Virus record (IMG/VR): IMGVR_UViG_3300032307_000723
Coordinates: 53,614 to 117,613 of that record
Source of the DNA: a virus
Strand: one strand, 5' to 3'
Length of the DNA stretch: 64,000 bases
The translations under genes and the position numbers were made by a program. The number at the start of each line of letters is the position of its first letter. Within the stretch, counting starts at the first letter, position 1. A model generated the notes under the pieces. That model made no database searches. It worked only from the letters and a program-made list of their open reading frames with translations, and was not told where the DNA came from. Positions 46,861 through 56,371 of this stretch are shown here, in pieces.

Positions 46861-46899
46861 CCGGACTCACTTCGTTCGAGGAAATCCCAGCCCTTTTTT
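46861..46899 (+). repeat. Repeat family A copy 5 (5'-truncated)
   Basis: CCGGACTCACTTCGTTCGAGGAAATCCCAGCCC plus T tract. Confidence 0.88.
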
Positions 46900-46920
46900 G
46901 AATGGAGTATATTTATTAAT

Positions 46921-48228
46921 ATGAATTTAAATGAACACATAAATAGGATAAAAGAAATGATGGGGTTAATTGTTGAGGACACCCCAACAATCGAACCTAA
47001 TAAAGAAACATTTATAGACCTGAATACTCCTGTCAATTTAAATATATCTTCCATTGAAGATTTAAAAACCGCAGTTAAAAAGCAAGGACTACAATATGGT
47101 AAAGGTACATTAAGTAGAGGAAGAGGTATTGATTTAAGTAACTTGTTAAAATCGATTGAGAATTTGGAAGACAAAGAAATTTATGAAGATTATTTTATTA
47201 AAATCTCAAATTTGATTTCAAAATACAAATCGGGGTCATTTTCATTAAAAAAATTAAGTGAGATTATTAAACAACTTTATTCAAAAGACCCTCAAATAGC
47301 CAAAGCCCAAATTGAGTCCGTTATTTCAATATTTGAAGACCCAAGATTTGCCGAAAAAAGTAAGAAAAAACTAATATCCATTTTAACAGGTTCTGGAGAA
47401 ATAAATTTGGATAAGTTTTATAGAGAAACATCTTTGGCGTATCAAGATTATGAAAATTCATTGGCGGAAGGTCAATTAAGTCCGTTCATTTTATACAGAA
47501 CATCTCCAAGAATGAGAGTTAATTTATTAGAGGATTATGCATATAATGATTTAGTAATCTATGCTAACAAATTTAACTCACAAGACTCTAACTTAAACAA
47601 AGTACTTTATATCTTAGATGAAATCTCAAAATCAAAATTTTATTCAAGTGGTGATGAGGTTATTTCCAAAGTGGTGTCATCATTAAAATTCGGGTTTGAT
47701 TTCAACTTCAGTGAAGATAATGTAAAAGCGGATTTGAAATTAAAAGAAACTTTGATGTACGAAGACAGAAGAGATAGAAAAGTCTATATGGTTGCAAAAA
47801 AGGGGTCAAATATTGAGGTTAAGTCTAATTTATACAATAAACCATATTATTTATCTGAGTTTTTCAAAATAGATTCTTCAGACAAAAATTACGATATAAT
47901 AATACAATCACTTTCAAAAGTTCCAAGAATTAAAGATGTAACTTCATCGTTTAAAATATTAATGTCGTCATTGGCAACAAACTTATCTAATACCATAAAG
48001 TCAACAAATGGAAATCAAATTATGGAGCATTTGATAAAAAATATGGGAGGAATGATATTCAAGAACGATATATTCATAAAAAAAGAGGATATTAATTTTT
48101 ATTGGAATAATGTGGGTTATGCCGGTAAATCTCGTCTATCGTTGTATTATGAGGTAAATGAGAATCCAACATTATATAAATTGTCAAAGAGTGATTTAGG
48201 TTACTCAAGATTTGTCCAAAAACTATAA
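46921..48228 (+). CDS. MNLNEH-leader protein
   Basis: MNLNEHINRIKEMMGLIVE; 435 aa. Confidence 0.8.
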   Translation: MNLNEHINRIKEMMGLIVEDTPTIEPNKETFIDLNTPVNLNISSIEDLKTAVKKQGLQYGKGTLSRGRGIDLSNLLKSIENLEDKEIYEDYFIKISNLISKYKSGSFSLKKLSEIIKQLYSKDPQIAKAQIESVISIFEDPRFAEKSKKKLISILTGSGEINLDKFYRETSLAYQDYENSLAEGQLSPFILYRTSPRMRVNLLEDYAYNDLVIYANKFNSQDSNLNKVLYILDEISKSKFYSSGDEVISKVVSSLKFGFDFNFSEDNVKADLKLKETLMYEDRRDRKVYMVAKKGSNIEVKSNLYNKPYYLSEFFKIDSSDKNYDIIIQSLSKVPRIKDVTSSFKILMSSLATNLSNTIKSTNGNQIMEHLIKNMGGMIFKNDIFIKKEDINFYWNNVGYAGKSRLSLYYEVNENPTLYKLSKSDLGYSRFVQKL

Positions 48229-48231
48229 ATT

Positions 48232-48591
48232 ATGAATAATTTTAATTTCGATAAAAACCAAATGGAAAATTTGGAAAAATTTAATAACATGACAACATCA
48301 TTTATGTTTAAGATGTTAGGATGGGTTAGTCGTATAATAGATTTTTTCTCTAAAAATTTAAAATTATTTTATGGTATTATATTAATTTTCATTTTATTTA
48401 AAGTTGGTACTTACGTTGTATCATATGAACCAAGTGGTATCTATGAAATAACAACATCATCAGGTGTTGTTTATAACACAAATAAAGTTGAGGTTAAGGA
48501 CGGTTGTGTTTATTTTAAAACAATGAACAATAAAGATGAGATGATTATTTGCGGAGGTTGTTCGATAAAAAAGAATAATAGTTTGGAATGA
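48232..48591 (+). CDS. Single-TM membrane protein
   Basis: Central hydrophobic helix. Confidence 0.68.
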   Translation: MNNFNFDKNQMENLEKFNNMTTSFMFKMLGWVSRIIDFFSKNLKLFYGIILIFILFKVGTYVVSYEPSGIYEITTSSGVVYNTNKVEVKDGCVYFKTMNNKDEMIICGGCSIKKNNSLE

Positions 48592-48619
48592 TTATTGATA
48601 TTTATCAAATAAAAATGTT

Positions 48620-49105
48620 ATGAAAAAAATTATATCATTATTATTTTTGATTTTTACATTATCATCTTGTGGTAATTATCAAAACGTCTCATCACAACCA
48701 AGAATAACTCATATTTTGGCTGTTAATGAATTGGGACAACAAGTTCAAGTCCCATTATCTTCCTTTTCAAACCAATTAGACCCATATTATTATAATAATT
48801 GGAGGTTTTATTGGGGAAATAATTGGTATTATGGTAACAATTGGTGGTTTTATTTTGATGACCCGTATTGGAGACCAAGAATTCATAACTATTATTATTC
48901 ACATCCGGTATATTATAATCAAGGATTTAGGGTTGCAAGAAATAATGGGTATCGAGGAAGTTCTCAGGTGAGAACAGAATCAGTTAGACCACAATCAACA
49001 AGAACAGAAACTCCATCAGTAAGACCTCAACGAGAATATAGACCCGAGACACCTTCAGTTAGACCACAAAGTGGAGGAAGACCATCATCAGGAAGAAGAG
49101 GTTAA
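48620..49105 (+). CDS. Putative lipoprotein with W/Y-rich segment and R/P/S-rich tail
   Basis: Signal peptide with lipobox LSSC; NWRFYWGNNWYYGNNWWFY; repeated ETPSVRPQ. Confidence 0.7.
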   Translation: MKKIISLLFLIFTLSSCGNYQNVSSQPRITHILAVNELGQQVQVPLSSFSNQLDPYYYNNWRFYWGNNWYYGNNWWFYFDDPYWRPRIHNYYYSHPVYYNQGFRVARNNGYRGSSQVRTESVRPQSTRTETPSVRPQREYRPETPSVRPQSGGRPSSGRRG

Positions 49106-49169
49106 CGAAATATCCCACCCTAATCTGTGGGATTTTTGATTTCTGATATATTTATAATAAAACTGAATT

Positions 49170-49673
49170 ATGAAACACATTTTAAATAATCTAACGGAAG
49201 AAGAAAAAAACGCTATCCGTGAACAACATACAGGAGGAATGAAAGTGATAACTGAGAATTTCTCAAAATTAATTAATTCAAAACTTGGTGATTCAAAACC
49301 ATTGGTTAACGAACAATCTGAAACAAATTTAACTGATAAAATTAAAAAAAGAATTGGGAGTTTTTTTGATAAAATGAAAAATAGTAATAATTATACTCAA
49401 TTTAAAGGGTCACCAAAACAAAATGGGTTTAATGATAGTGGATTATCAGTGACTGGACTTAACAAACTTATTGGAGGATTTCAAGTTGGGGATGAAGGGT
49501 ATTTTGCCTTTTACAAACATAGTAATCCCTCAGCTCCATATAAAGCCGGTGATAAAGTAGTTTTTTTAGATAAAAGACTAACATTAAAAGAACCTAAAGT
49601 TCATACATCGGATGGTAATATTTACTTAATTGCGAATGACAAGATATACAACCAATTGTTAAAAAGTTTGTAA
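49170..49673 (+). CDS. Leader-type protein (LNNLTEEEKNAIRE)
   Basis: MKHILNNLTEEEKNAIREQH...LVNEQ; TATTTAT upstream. Confidence 0.75.
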   Translation: MKHILNNLTEEEKNAIREQHTGGMKVITENFSKLINSKLGDSKPLVNEQSETNLTDKIKKRIGSFFDKMKNSNNYTQFKGSPKQNGFNDSGLSVTGLNKLIGGFQVGDEGYFAFYKHSNPSAPYKAGDKVVFLDKRLTLKEPKVHTSDGNIYLIANDKIYNQLLKSL

Positions 49674-49705
49674 TAAAACTTAACCCACCCTAATCGGTGG
49701 GTTTT

Positions 49706-49906
49706 TTATTCTTTCCCCTCATCAATTTTCTTTAATCGAATTGCTTCTTCAATTAATTTTTCCACACTTCCATACTTACAAGTACATGAGGAACGACCGG
49801 TGTTTCTTAAATAATGTTTTGCCTCGGATGATGTCATTTTCTTTGAATATTTAATATTAATAAGTATATTTTTGTTTATTAAAATACTTGTGTGATTTAT
49901 TATCAT
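49706..49906 (-). CDS. Small hypothetical protein
   Basis: Real start may be the internal ATG (MTSSEAKHY). Confidence 0.4.
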   Translation of the reverse strand: MIINHTSILINKNILINIKYSKKMTSSEAKHYLRNTGRSSCTCKYGSVEKLIEEAIRLKKIDEGKE

Positions 49907-49964
49907 TTAGTTGGGGAGAAAGTTTAATTGTTATTATATTTATCATTAACAGAATAATAATGAT

Positions 49965-50627
49965 ATGCAAGCAAGAGAAGCAATATATGAGAATTTCAAT
50001 AAAAATAGTACCTTAATTGTGACATTTCAGGCACATGCGAATAAAATGTTTGGAACAACAATTGAAGAATTTAAAGGGGTCCTAAATTCTTTGGCATCAA
50101 TGGGATACGACACATTAAAGATTAATGACACGAATGATTCTTTCTTTTTTCAAGGAATTGATTCCGAAAGAGATTCATTTCAAAAAACAATTGATATGTT
50201 ATCTTTATATATGAAGGGTTATGAAAGAACTATTTTTATGGGTAATTGTGCCGGAGCTTACGCAGCAATTCTTTTTGGTACTATGTTAGATGTTGAAAAG
50301 GTTATTGGTATAAATACTGTCACATATATTGACCAAGCAAGTTTAATTGAGGCAGGAGATGGGAGAGAATCTCAAGTTAGTTTTTTAGACCAAAACATAC
50401 CTTATCTTAATTTACGTAATCATTTGAAAACCACAAAATATAATACTCAAATCTATTCTATTGTGGACCAAAACACACCAAAACACGTAAAGCAAAGTCA
50501 AAATATTGCTGAAAGTCCAAATGTTATCATTGAATATGTTGATTCACCAATCCCTCAAATTGGTTTTCATTTATTACGAAATGGTGAGTTAATTAATAAA
50601 ATAATTGGAACAATTGACCCGAGATAA
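49965..50627 (+). CDS. Alpha/beta-hydrolase-fold-like protein
   Basis: Nucleophile-elbow-like IFMGNCAGAYAAILFG. Confidence 0.5.
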   Translation: MQAREAIYENFNKNSTLIVTFQAHANKMFGTTIEEFKGVLNSLASMGYDTLKINDTNDSFFFQGIDSERDSFQKTIDMLSLYMKGYERTIFMGNCAGAYAAILFGTMLDVEKVIGINTVTYIDQASLIEAGDGRESQVSFLDQNIPYLNLRNHLKTTKYNTQIYSIVDQNTPKHVKQSQNIAESPNVIIEYVDSPIPQIGFHLLRNGELINKIIGTIDPR

Positions 50628-50629
50628 TA

Positions 50630-50932
50630 ATGAAATACATAATAACAGAAAGTAAATTAAACGACTTAAGAAAAGAATATATTGAAAATAGAATTGGGTC
50701 CGATTCTGACTTTGAAGAATTTATCATTATCTATCACCCTGGTGAAGTAGATGATATAGAAGATGAAGTTATGATGGAATACGACCATACCGATGGAAGA
50801 CTATATGTTAATAGTTCATTTGGTCGTGCATTTGCGGATTTCTTTTTTCCTAACGATGAAGAGGCTTATAAGTTCATCTCAGAATGGTTTGAATGGAAAT
50901 ATGGTGTTGATGTAAAATTTACTCAATCTTAA
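50630..50932 (+). CDS. MKYIITE-leader protein
   Basis: MKYIITESKLNDLRKEYI. Confidence 0.78.
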   Translation: MKYIITESKLNDLRKEYIENRIGSDSDFEEFIIIYHPGEVDDIEDEVMMEYDHTDGRLYVNSSFGRAFADFFFPNDEEAYKFISEWFEWKYGVDVKFTQS

Positions 50933-50996
50933 TTTTTTTAATCGAAAACTTTTTTATATCTTTGTGGAATAAATTATAACCTAAATAAAAATTAAA

Positions 50997-51167
50997 ATGA
51001 CACAAGAAGTTCAAAACAAAGTTAGAGAGTATGTATTGGCACGTTACAGACAAACATTCACACCGGATTCGACTATGATTATCAAAGAACACGATAATTT
51101 TTTCACAGTTGCAACTCACAAAACCGCATCTCCAATTATCTTAGGTAAGAAAATTTTAGAAAATTAA
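50997..51167 (+). CDS. Small hypothetical protein (56 aa, not in ORF track)
   Basis: MTQEVQNKVREYV...; TAnnTTTG at 50957. Confidence 0.55.
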   Translation: MTQEVQNKVREYVLARYRQTFTPDSTMIIKEHDNFFTVATHKTASPIILGKKILEN

Positions 51168-51206
51168 ATGATTTACGTTTGATATTTATTATTAAAATAT
51201 AATATT

Positions 51207-51500
51207 ATGTCAACAATAAGTTTTGTGGTTTCATCTGCCAGCACTGAAGAAGATGCTTTTAATACTTTAGAACCAACTTTCACAATTTATGCTGAGGATT
51301 TGGGATTGTGTGATTCTTGTAACCAAATTGTGGGTAATTGTTATCCATGTTTACAAACAAGTCAAATAATTTATAGTGACTCGGAGTTAACAACACCTGT
51401 AGGTAATGGGTATTATCATTTTGTTGATAGTGTAACTGAATATAGTGCAGTTTGGCACATATTTGATGGTTCTCCGACCGGAGAAGGATTTTACAATTAA
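51207..51500 (+). CDS. Hypothetical protein
   Basis: TATTTAT upstream; terminator downstream. Confidence 0.7.
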   Translation: MSTISFVVSSASTEEDAFNTLEPTFTIYAEDLGLCDSCNQIVGNCYPCLQTSQIIYSDSELTTPVGNGYYHFVDSVTEYSAVWHIFDGSPTGEGFYN

Positions 51501-51569
51501 AAAATAACCCTCATTTATTGAGGGTTTTTTATTTCAAAACTTTTTTATATCTTTGTGAAAAAATAATTT

Positions 51570-51935
51570 ATGGCAACTTATAAAAAGGGGTGGACTCCTG
51601 AAGAAAAAAAGATTATTGATACCACCAAAAGTACATTTAAATCCGTGTTTGAATCTGTGAAGACATTAATATTCCCTAATACGTTATCGGAATATTCATT
51701 TGAAGACTTCAAAGAAAGTTTTATTTATAGATATGTTCGTAATTTCATTGGTGGGTTATTAATAATTGGGGTCGTTCTATTGGTACTTTATTTACTTGCA
51801 ATGTTTGTTACATGGGGAATAGTTGAATCTAAACCTAATAACGAACCAATTAGTGACGTAGCGAAAATGTTTATGAGATTTTTATTTTTGGGGTATAGTT
51901 TTGGTATTTTAATTTTAACAGTGGAGGAAGATTAA
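51570..51935 (+). CDS. Two-TM membrane protein
   Basis: Hydrophobic segments; TAnnTTTG at 51548. Confidence 0.7.
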   Translation: MATYKKGWTPEEKKIIDTTKSTFKSVFESVKTLIFPNTLSEYSFEDFKESFIYRYVRNFIGGLLIIGVVLLVLYLLAMFVTWGIVESKPNNEPISDVAKMFMRFLFLGYSFGILILTVEED

Positions 51936-51958
51936 TATTACTAAGAGTATTTATCTGT

Positions 51959-52213
51959 ATGATTGAAAAAGCTTTAAAAAAACTATTACTTACAATGTTG
52001 AAGGATGAATATCCCGAAATTAAAGGTATTGTAATTTCATCAACGGATATGGGTCATGTTATTCTATATCGTGTCGGGATTGGTTTGAAATACGATGATT
52101 TACCAGCAAATGATGATGATAGATTAAAAAATAGAGTAAAGCAATTATCAAAATATGTTTTGGATAAAAGCGGTCTCATTGATAATGTTTATTACTATGA
52201 CCCAAATTATTAA
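51959..52213 (+). CDS. Hypothetical protein
   Basis: TATTTAT upstream. Confidence 0.65.
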   Translation: MIEKALKKLLLTMLKDEYPEIKGIVISSTDMGHVILYRVGIGLKYDDLPANDDDRLKNRVKQLSKYVLDKSGLIDNVYYYDPNY

Positions 52214-52267
52214 GAAAAAAATTCATCCTACCATTGCCGGTGGGATTTTTTTTTATATCTTTGTCCC

Positions 52268-52504
52268 ATGAATGTAGAACTGATAGAAAAATATTTGGTA
52301 AGTAAATATGGCAAATCACCTTTAGTAAAAAAACAAGACGGATACACGATTGATGACTTATTTATTTACCAAAACAAGGAATTAAGGTGGTATGTTAATA
52401 TTGAGACGGACTTGTATGCGTGGTTCGGTCCGGGTAACTACTATAATATTATTCGTAATTGGTTTTTCAAACAATTCGGTAAAGAAATTGGTTATGACAA
52501 ATAA
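52268..52504 (+). CDS. Hypothetical protein
   Basis: TAnnTTTG at 52256. Confidence 0.62.
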   Translation: MNVELIEKYLVSKYGKSPLVKKQDGYTIDDLFIYQNKELRWYVNIETDLYAWFGPGNYYNIIRNWFFKQFGKEIGYDK

Positions 52505-52796
52505 AGAATTATTTTTAACTTTTTTTGAAGTTGAAAGTGCGACAATTATTGATATTAAGTATCGTAATATTGGGAAAATACAATTGTTATTGAATCCCAC
52601 TGAGAAGAACAAATTTATGGATAGAATGCCAATCAGACTTCTAATTGATGCTGATGGACATTATTCTAAAATTATGAGTACTTCTGACAACACCTTTAAT
52701 TTGTTTAAATATTTAGGGTTTAGTGCAAATGAAGTTGTTGGTATTTGTCGTGAAATTCATCAAGACATGGGTTCCAAAAAACTAATTGTTCCGTAG
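52494..52796 (+). CDS. Hypothetical protein
   Basis: Start moved to ATG 52494 (MTNKELFL). Confidence 0.6.
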   Translation: MTNKELFLTFFEVESATIIDIKYRNIGKIQLLLNPTEKNKFMDRMPIRLLIDADGHYSKIMSTSDNTFNLFKYLGFSANEVVGICREIHQDMGSKKLIVP

Positions 52797-52822
52797 ATGG
52801 TATTTATTGTGAAATACTAATC

Positions 52823-52939
52823 ATGTCAAAATCAAAAAAACCCGGGAAACCAAAAAAGAACAGAGCGAACACTCTAAAAGACTTGAAAAGAATGGATAAG
52901 AATAACGAAATTCTTAGTCGTTTGAAAAAAGAACTTTAA
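52823..52939 (+). CDS. 38-aa lysine-rich peptide (not in ORF track)
   Basis: MSKSKKPGKPKKNRANTLKDLKRMDKNNEILSRLKKEL; own TATTTAT and terminator. Confidence 0.55.
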   Translation: MSKSKKPGKPKKNRANTLKDLKRMDKNNEILSRLKKEL

Positions 52940-53025
52940 AAATATTAACCTCGTCAATAGTCGAGGTTTTTTTTTGTTTATAAGAAATAAGTTTCATATA
53001 TTTGTGAAGTAAATTTTAGAGAATT

Positions 53026-53169
53026 ATGTTTGGTTGGTTTATTTGGTATATGTTAATGATGAGTAATGGTCCTCGTGGAGGTAGACTATTGCCAACACCA
53101 CCAAGACATCTAATGTTAACAAGACCGGAAAGACCTGTTAAAAAAAGTAAAAGGAAGAAAAAGAAATAA
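53026..53169 (+). CDS. 47-aa peptide, hydrophobic N-terminus and Pro/Arg/Lys-rich C-terminus (not in ORF track)
   Basis: Behind TATATTTG (52997); coupled to the next gene. Confidence 0.5.
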   Translation: MFGWFIWYMLMMSNGPRGGRLLPTPPRHLMLTRPERPVKKSKRKKKK

Positions 53170-53172
53170 GGT

Positions 53173-53619
53173 ATGGCAAGACAGAGTATTATAGATAGAT
53201 ATCAAGAGTTGATGGAAAGGGGAGGTTGGAACCAACCTTGTAATATCACCCCGGTTTTATCCACTGTTGGATTAGATAGAAGTTATGTCCGTAATGAATT
53301 TGAATTGGATGTAACACCCTTAAATAGATTTATTAAAAAGATGTTTCCATTTGTTATTGATATCTCATACCTAAAAGTTAATGAATCAAAATATACGGAT
53401 GGAAGAAGAACACTTGATAATCCTCAGATAAAATTAATTGTATCTCCAACACATAGAGCAGAACTTTATAATGAGGATATTGAATATAAAGTTAAAAATC
53501 ATATTCGTGAAAAATTAATACCATTACTGAGAACTATGTATGAAATTAGTCCGGGGTTTGGATTGGAGATATATTTTGGAAGCGAACGTTCGGAGACAAT
53601 ACTTGAACATTTAGATTAG
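53173..53619 (+). CDS. Hypothetical protein
   Basis: 148 aa. Confidence 0.7.
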   Translation: MARQSIIDRYQELMERGGWNQPCNITPVLSTVGLDRSYVRNEFELDVTPLNRFIKKMFPFVIDISYLKVNESKYTDGRRTLDNPQIKLIVSPTHRAELYNEDIEYKVKNHIREKLIPLLRTMYEISPGFGLEIYFGSERSETILEHLD

Positions 53620-53883
53620 ATGACAAAAATTGAAAAAGAGATTGTGAAACTCATTGAGGAAAAGTTTGGTTATCCTTATATGACTTACGATAAAGCGGAA
53701 CAAACATGGACCAATAATTATTTCCTATACGACATTAAAACCGAGACAATTTATAGTTCCGATAATGTTAAACTTTATCTATCAAAACGATTTGGTACCA
53801 AGTATATTGAGAACAATTATTTTAATTTAATCTCGAAGTGGTTTAAGATGAGTAATAAATATGATGTTAAACACGTTGTTTAA
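53620..53883 (+). CDS. Hypothetical protein
   Basis: 87 aa coupled ORF. Confidence 0.65.
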   Translation: MTKIEKEIVKLIEEKFGYPYMTYDKAEQTWTNNYFLYDIKTETIYSSDNVKLYLSKRFGTKYIENNYFNLISKWFKMSNKYDVKHVV

Positions 53884-53895
53884 TATTTATCGTAT

Positions 53896-54261
53896 ATGGA
53901 ACTTAACAAAATCATAAAGAAAGTATTACGGGAATCAATTATTAATTGGGAGTTATACCATAAGGTAAAAAAAACACCGACAATTATTGAAACCGAATCC
54001 AAATATTCTCCTGAAGAAAGAAAACTGAAACTAATTCAAACATATTTGGATGTTGTATTGATTCCGAGAAATGAATTAATACATGATGCGAAGGTTTATA
54101 GGTTAACTAATAGAGATGAATACGCCATCACAATTTGGGTTAATACTGAAAGAGCTCTTAATAGAGATGAATATGATGGATTGGTTGACGATACTTGGGA
54201 AGAGATTCATAATATGTTCGATGTCCCAGTCTCAATTCGTAGAATCCCAATGAGCCGATAA
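53896..54261 (+). CDS. IIKKVLRES-leader protein
   Basis: MELNKIIKKVLRES; TATTTAT upstream. Confidence 0.72.
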   Translation: MELNKIIKKVLRESIINWELYHKVKKTPTIIETESKYSPEERKLKLIQTYLDVVLIPRNELIHDAKVYRLTNRDEYAITIWVNTERALNRDEYDGLVDDTWEEIHNMFDVPVSIRRIPMSR

Positions 54262-54333
54262 AATTTATAACCCTTCACCTCGAAGGGTTTTTTATTTAAA
54301 AAATATTTCATATCTTTACCAAAAAGAATATTC

Positions 54334-54777
54334 ATGGAAAACTCACATATAGAAGAATGGGATTTAAGAGGTTGGATGGGTATTGAAGAACCAACCCCAA
54401 ACGCTCAACGAGAGTGGAATAAAACTCTTATTAATAAAATAATGATGATATCAAATAAGATACATCAATCATCAAGACGAGGTGGTGCGGATACAATAAT
54501 AATGCATCCGGAACTTGAGATATTATTACATCCTGACCAATATGATGATTTTAGAAAAAAATTGTCAAATGGAATTGATGTCATCTTGGACCCGACCATG
54601 GAGAAAGACCGAATTGAAATCAATTGTAGAAAGGTATTAGATGATTTACAATTTATTCCATTCGAAGGTGAAGACGAGAATAGAATCGACTTTAAACCTC
54701 TTATTTCTTGTACTGAAGATGAAGTTATAAAATACATTGAAGGCCTTGTTGGATTTGTTTTAATTGACAACATTTAG
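54334..54777 (+). CDS. Stand-alone fragment similar to T4 gp23-type major capsid protein
   Basis: KTLINKIMMISNKIHQSSRRGGADTIIMHPEL aligns without gaps to the recalled T4 gp23 segment KALLFQIDKEAVEIARQTGRGEGNFIIASRNV. Confidence 0.55.
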   Translation: MENSHIEEWDLRGWMGIEEPTPNAQREWNKTLINKIMMISNKIHQSSRRGGADTIIMHPELEILLHPDQYDDFRKKLSNGIDVILDPTMEKDRIEINCRKVLDDLQFIPFEGEDENRIDFKPLISCTEDEVIKYIEGLVGFVLIDNI

Positions 54778-55073
54778 TGATGAACAAGTGGGAACATTTC
54801 AAATACATTCTTGATAGTACTCTACCGTCCTATAAACGTTTTACAAATTTATCTTTAGAATGTACCCGACCTCACCATCATTATGAATATTATAATTATG
54901 TTTGGAGATTAAAGATTGCATATGGTTGTGGATTATTCCCCGAATTAGTTAGTCTATCAAAATTTTGTGGAATAGAATGGGAACACCAAACTTACACGGA
55001 AATCGATGGTGGATACATGATAATAGAAATGAGTGAAAATTATAGAGAACCGATTTCACCGGTTTTTTGGTAA
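54777..55073 (+). CDS. Hypothetical protein
   Basis: 98 aa coupled ORF. Confidence 0.6.
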   Translation: MMNKWEHFKYILDSTLPSYKRFTNLSLECTRPHHHYEYYNYVWRLKIAYGCGLFPELVSLSKFCGIEWEHQTYTEIDGGYMIIEMSENYREPISPVFW

Positions 55074-55094
55074 AAATTAAAAACAAAAATAAAA

Positions 55095-55277
55095 ATGGAA
55101 AACGAAACATATAGTGACTTAGCATCATATTATAATAATATTTACGGTAAGGTTTTAAGTGATTTACTACTTAGAGAAATTAATTCATTCACGGGGAGTA
55201 GTAACCCTTGTTGTGAAATTGAATTACCAAAAGAAAAGAAATCAGAAAAACCGAATTTCAACCAAACAAAAAAATAA
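55095..55277 (+). CDS. Small hypothetical protein
   Basis: 60 aa followed by a terminator. Confidence 0.5.
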   Translation: MENETYSDLASYYNNIYGKVLSDLLLREINSFTGSSNPCCEIELPKEKKSEKPNFNQTKK

Positions 55278-55322
55278 CCCTTAACCACCGGGGTTTTTTC
55301 ATTATAAATCTATTTATAAGTA

Positions 55323-56180
55323 ATGGAAAGAATACACACACTTACCGAATCAGACCTTGAGAGAATCGTGAAAACGGTTTTGGAAAATTTTAATCCAAGT
55401 GAATACGAGGATGAAGACTTTATTGAAGTTTTCCTTAATTACTTTAGACCATGGGTTAAGAAAAACCACGGTGATGAAATAGGACAATACCCACTTTCAT
55501 TATTGATTAAAAATCATATTAATGAATTTATTGAAGATTATGGTATTGAAAATAATACACGTTATTATGGTGCTTATCGTAACATGGCTAATGTTGGGAG
55601 GGAGTTAGCAATAAAAGGTGTACACAAAATGCCAAACCTTAGAAAAGAAGGACTTTTTACTGATAAGTTTAAAAAAGCACTTAATTATTTTACTGATAGG
55701 TTAAACTTACCTGAATGGATAACTTTAGAGTTGACTGAAGATTCACCTTATGTTGTGAATGGTCGTTTTATAGTTGATTGGGATAAAGCAATCCGTGATA
55801 AGTCTGATAAAAATTATCGAGCATCTGATTTGGCATTCGACTTCACAAAAGCATTAACTGATTTTACAGGTGTTGAAATTGGTAGTGTTACCCATGGGAA
55901 GTTAGATTTAAATATAAATGGTTCCTTTTTGTATAAGGGTGTTGATGAATGGGTTTCAAAAACATTGAATAAAGAACTAAAAAAGAAAATTAGGGCACTC
56001 CCTAATTCTCATGTATTACATTCAGTTAAATTTGGACCATCTCATAATAGTGTTGGTGGGTATATCACATTAACTTATAAAAGTAATGCATGGAGACACT
56101 CGAATGATTTTACTAAAGAAGTTAATGAATTAATGAGTGATTTAGGATATAATACGGATATATTAAGAGTAGGTAAGTAA
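55323..56180 (+). CDS. LTESDL-leader protein
   Basis: MERIHTLTESDLERIVKTVLE; TATTTAT upstream. Confidence 0.8.
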   Translation: MERIHTLTESDLERIVKTVLENFNPSEYEDEDFIEVFLNYFRPWVKKNHGDEIGQYPLSLLIKNHINEFIEDYGIENNTRYYGAYRNMANVGRELAIKGVHKMPNLRKEGLFTDKFKKALNYFTDRLNLPEWITLELTEDSPYVVNGRFIVDWDKAIRDKSDKNYRASDLAFDFTKALTDFTGVEIGSVTHGKLDLNINGSFLYKGVDEWVSKTLNKELKKKIRALPNSHVLHSVKFGPSHNSVGGYITLTYKSNAWRHSNDFTKEVNELMSDLGYNTDILRVGK

Positions 56181-56181
56181 C

Positions 56182-56370
56182 ATGGAATATACTATCAACA
56201 GTCAAGACAAAACAATAACCATTTTTAGCGAAGGTGGTAATGTTGAAGAAATTAAAGCAATAATGGAAACGTTTAAGGGATATACACTTTTAACCGGACC
56301 TCAAAAAGAAAAAAAAGAATGCGTTTGCAACCCTAAAAAAGGTGGTGACGGCATTTGTAAATGTGATTAA
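56182..56370 (+). CDS. Small hypothetical protein
   Basis: 62 aa; Cys-rich tail. Confidence 0.55.
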   Translation: MEYTINSQDKTITIFSEGGNVEEIKAIMETFKGYTLLTGPQKEKKECVCNPKKGGDGICKCD

Positions 56371-56371
56371 T

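Noticed and set aside
41507-46899. Repeat family A as a CRISPR array
   Set aside because: Copies are separated by 200-3500 bp containing whole genes, not 25-45 bp spacers, and no cas genes are in the window.
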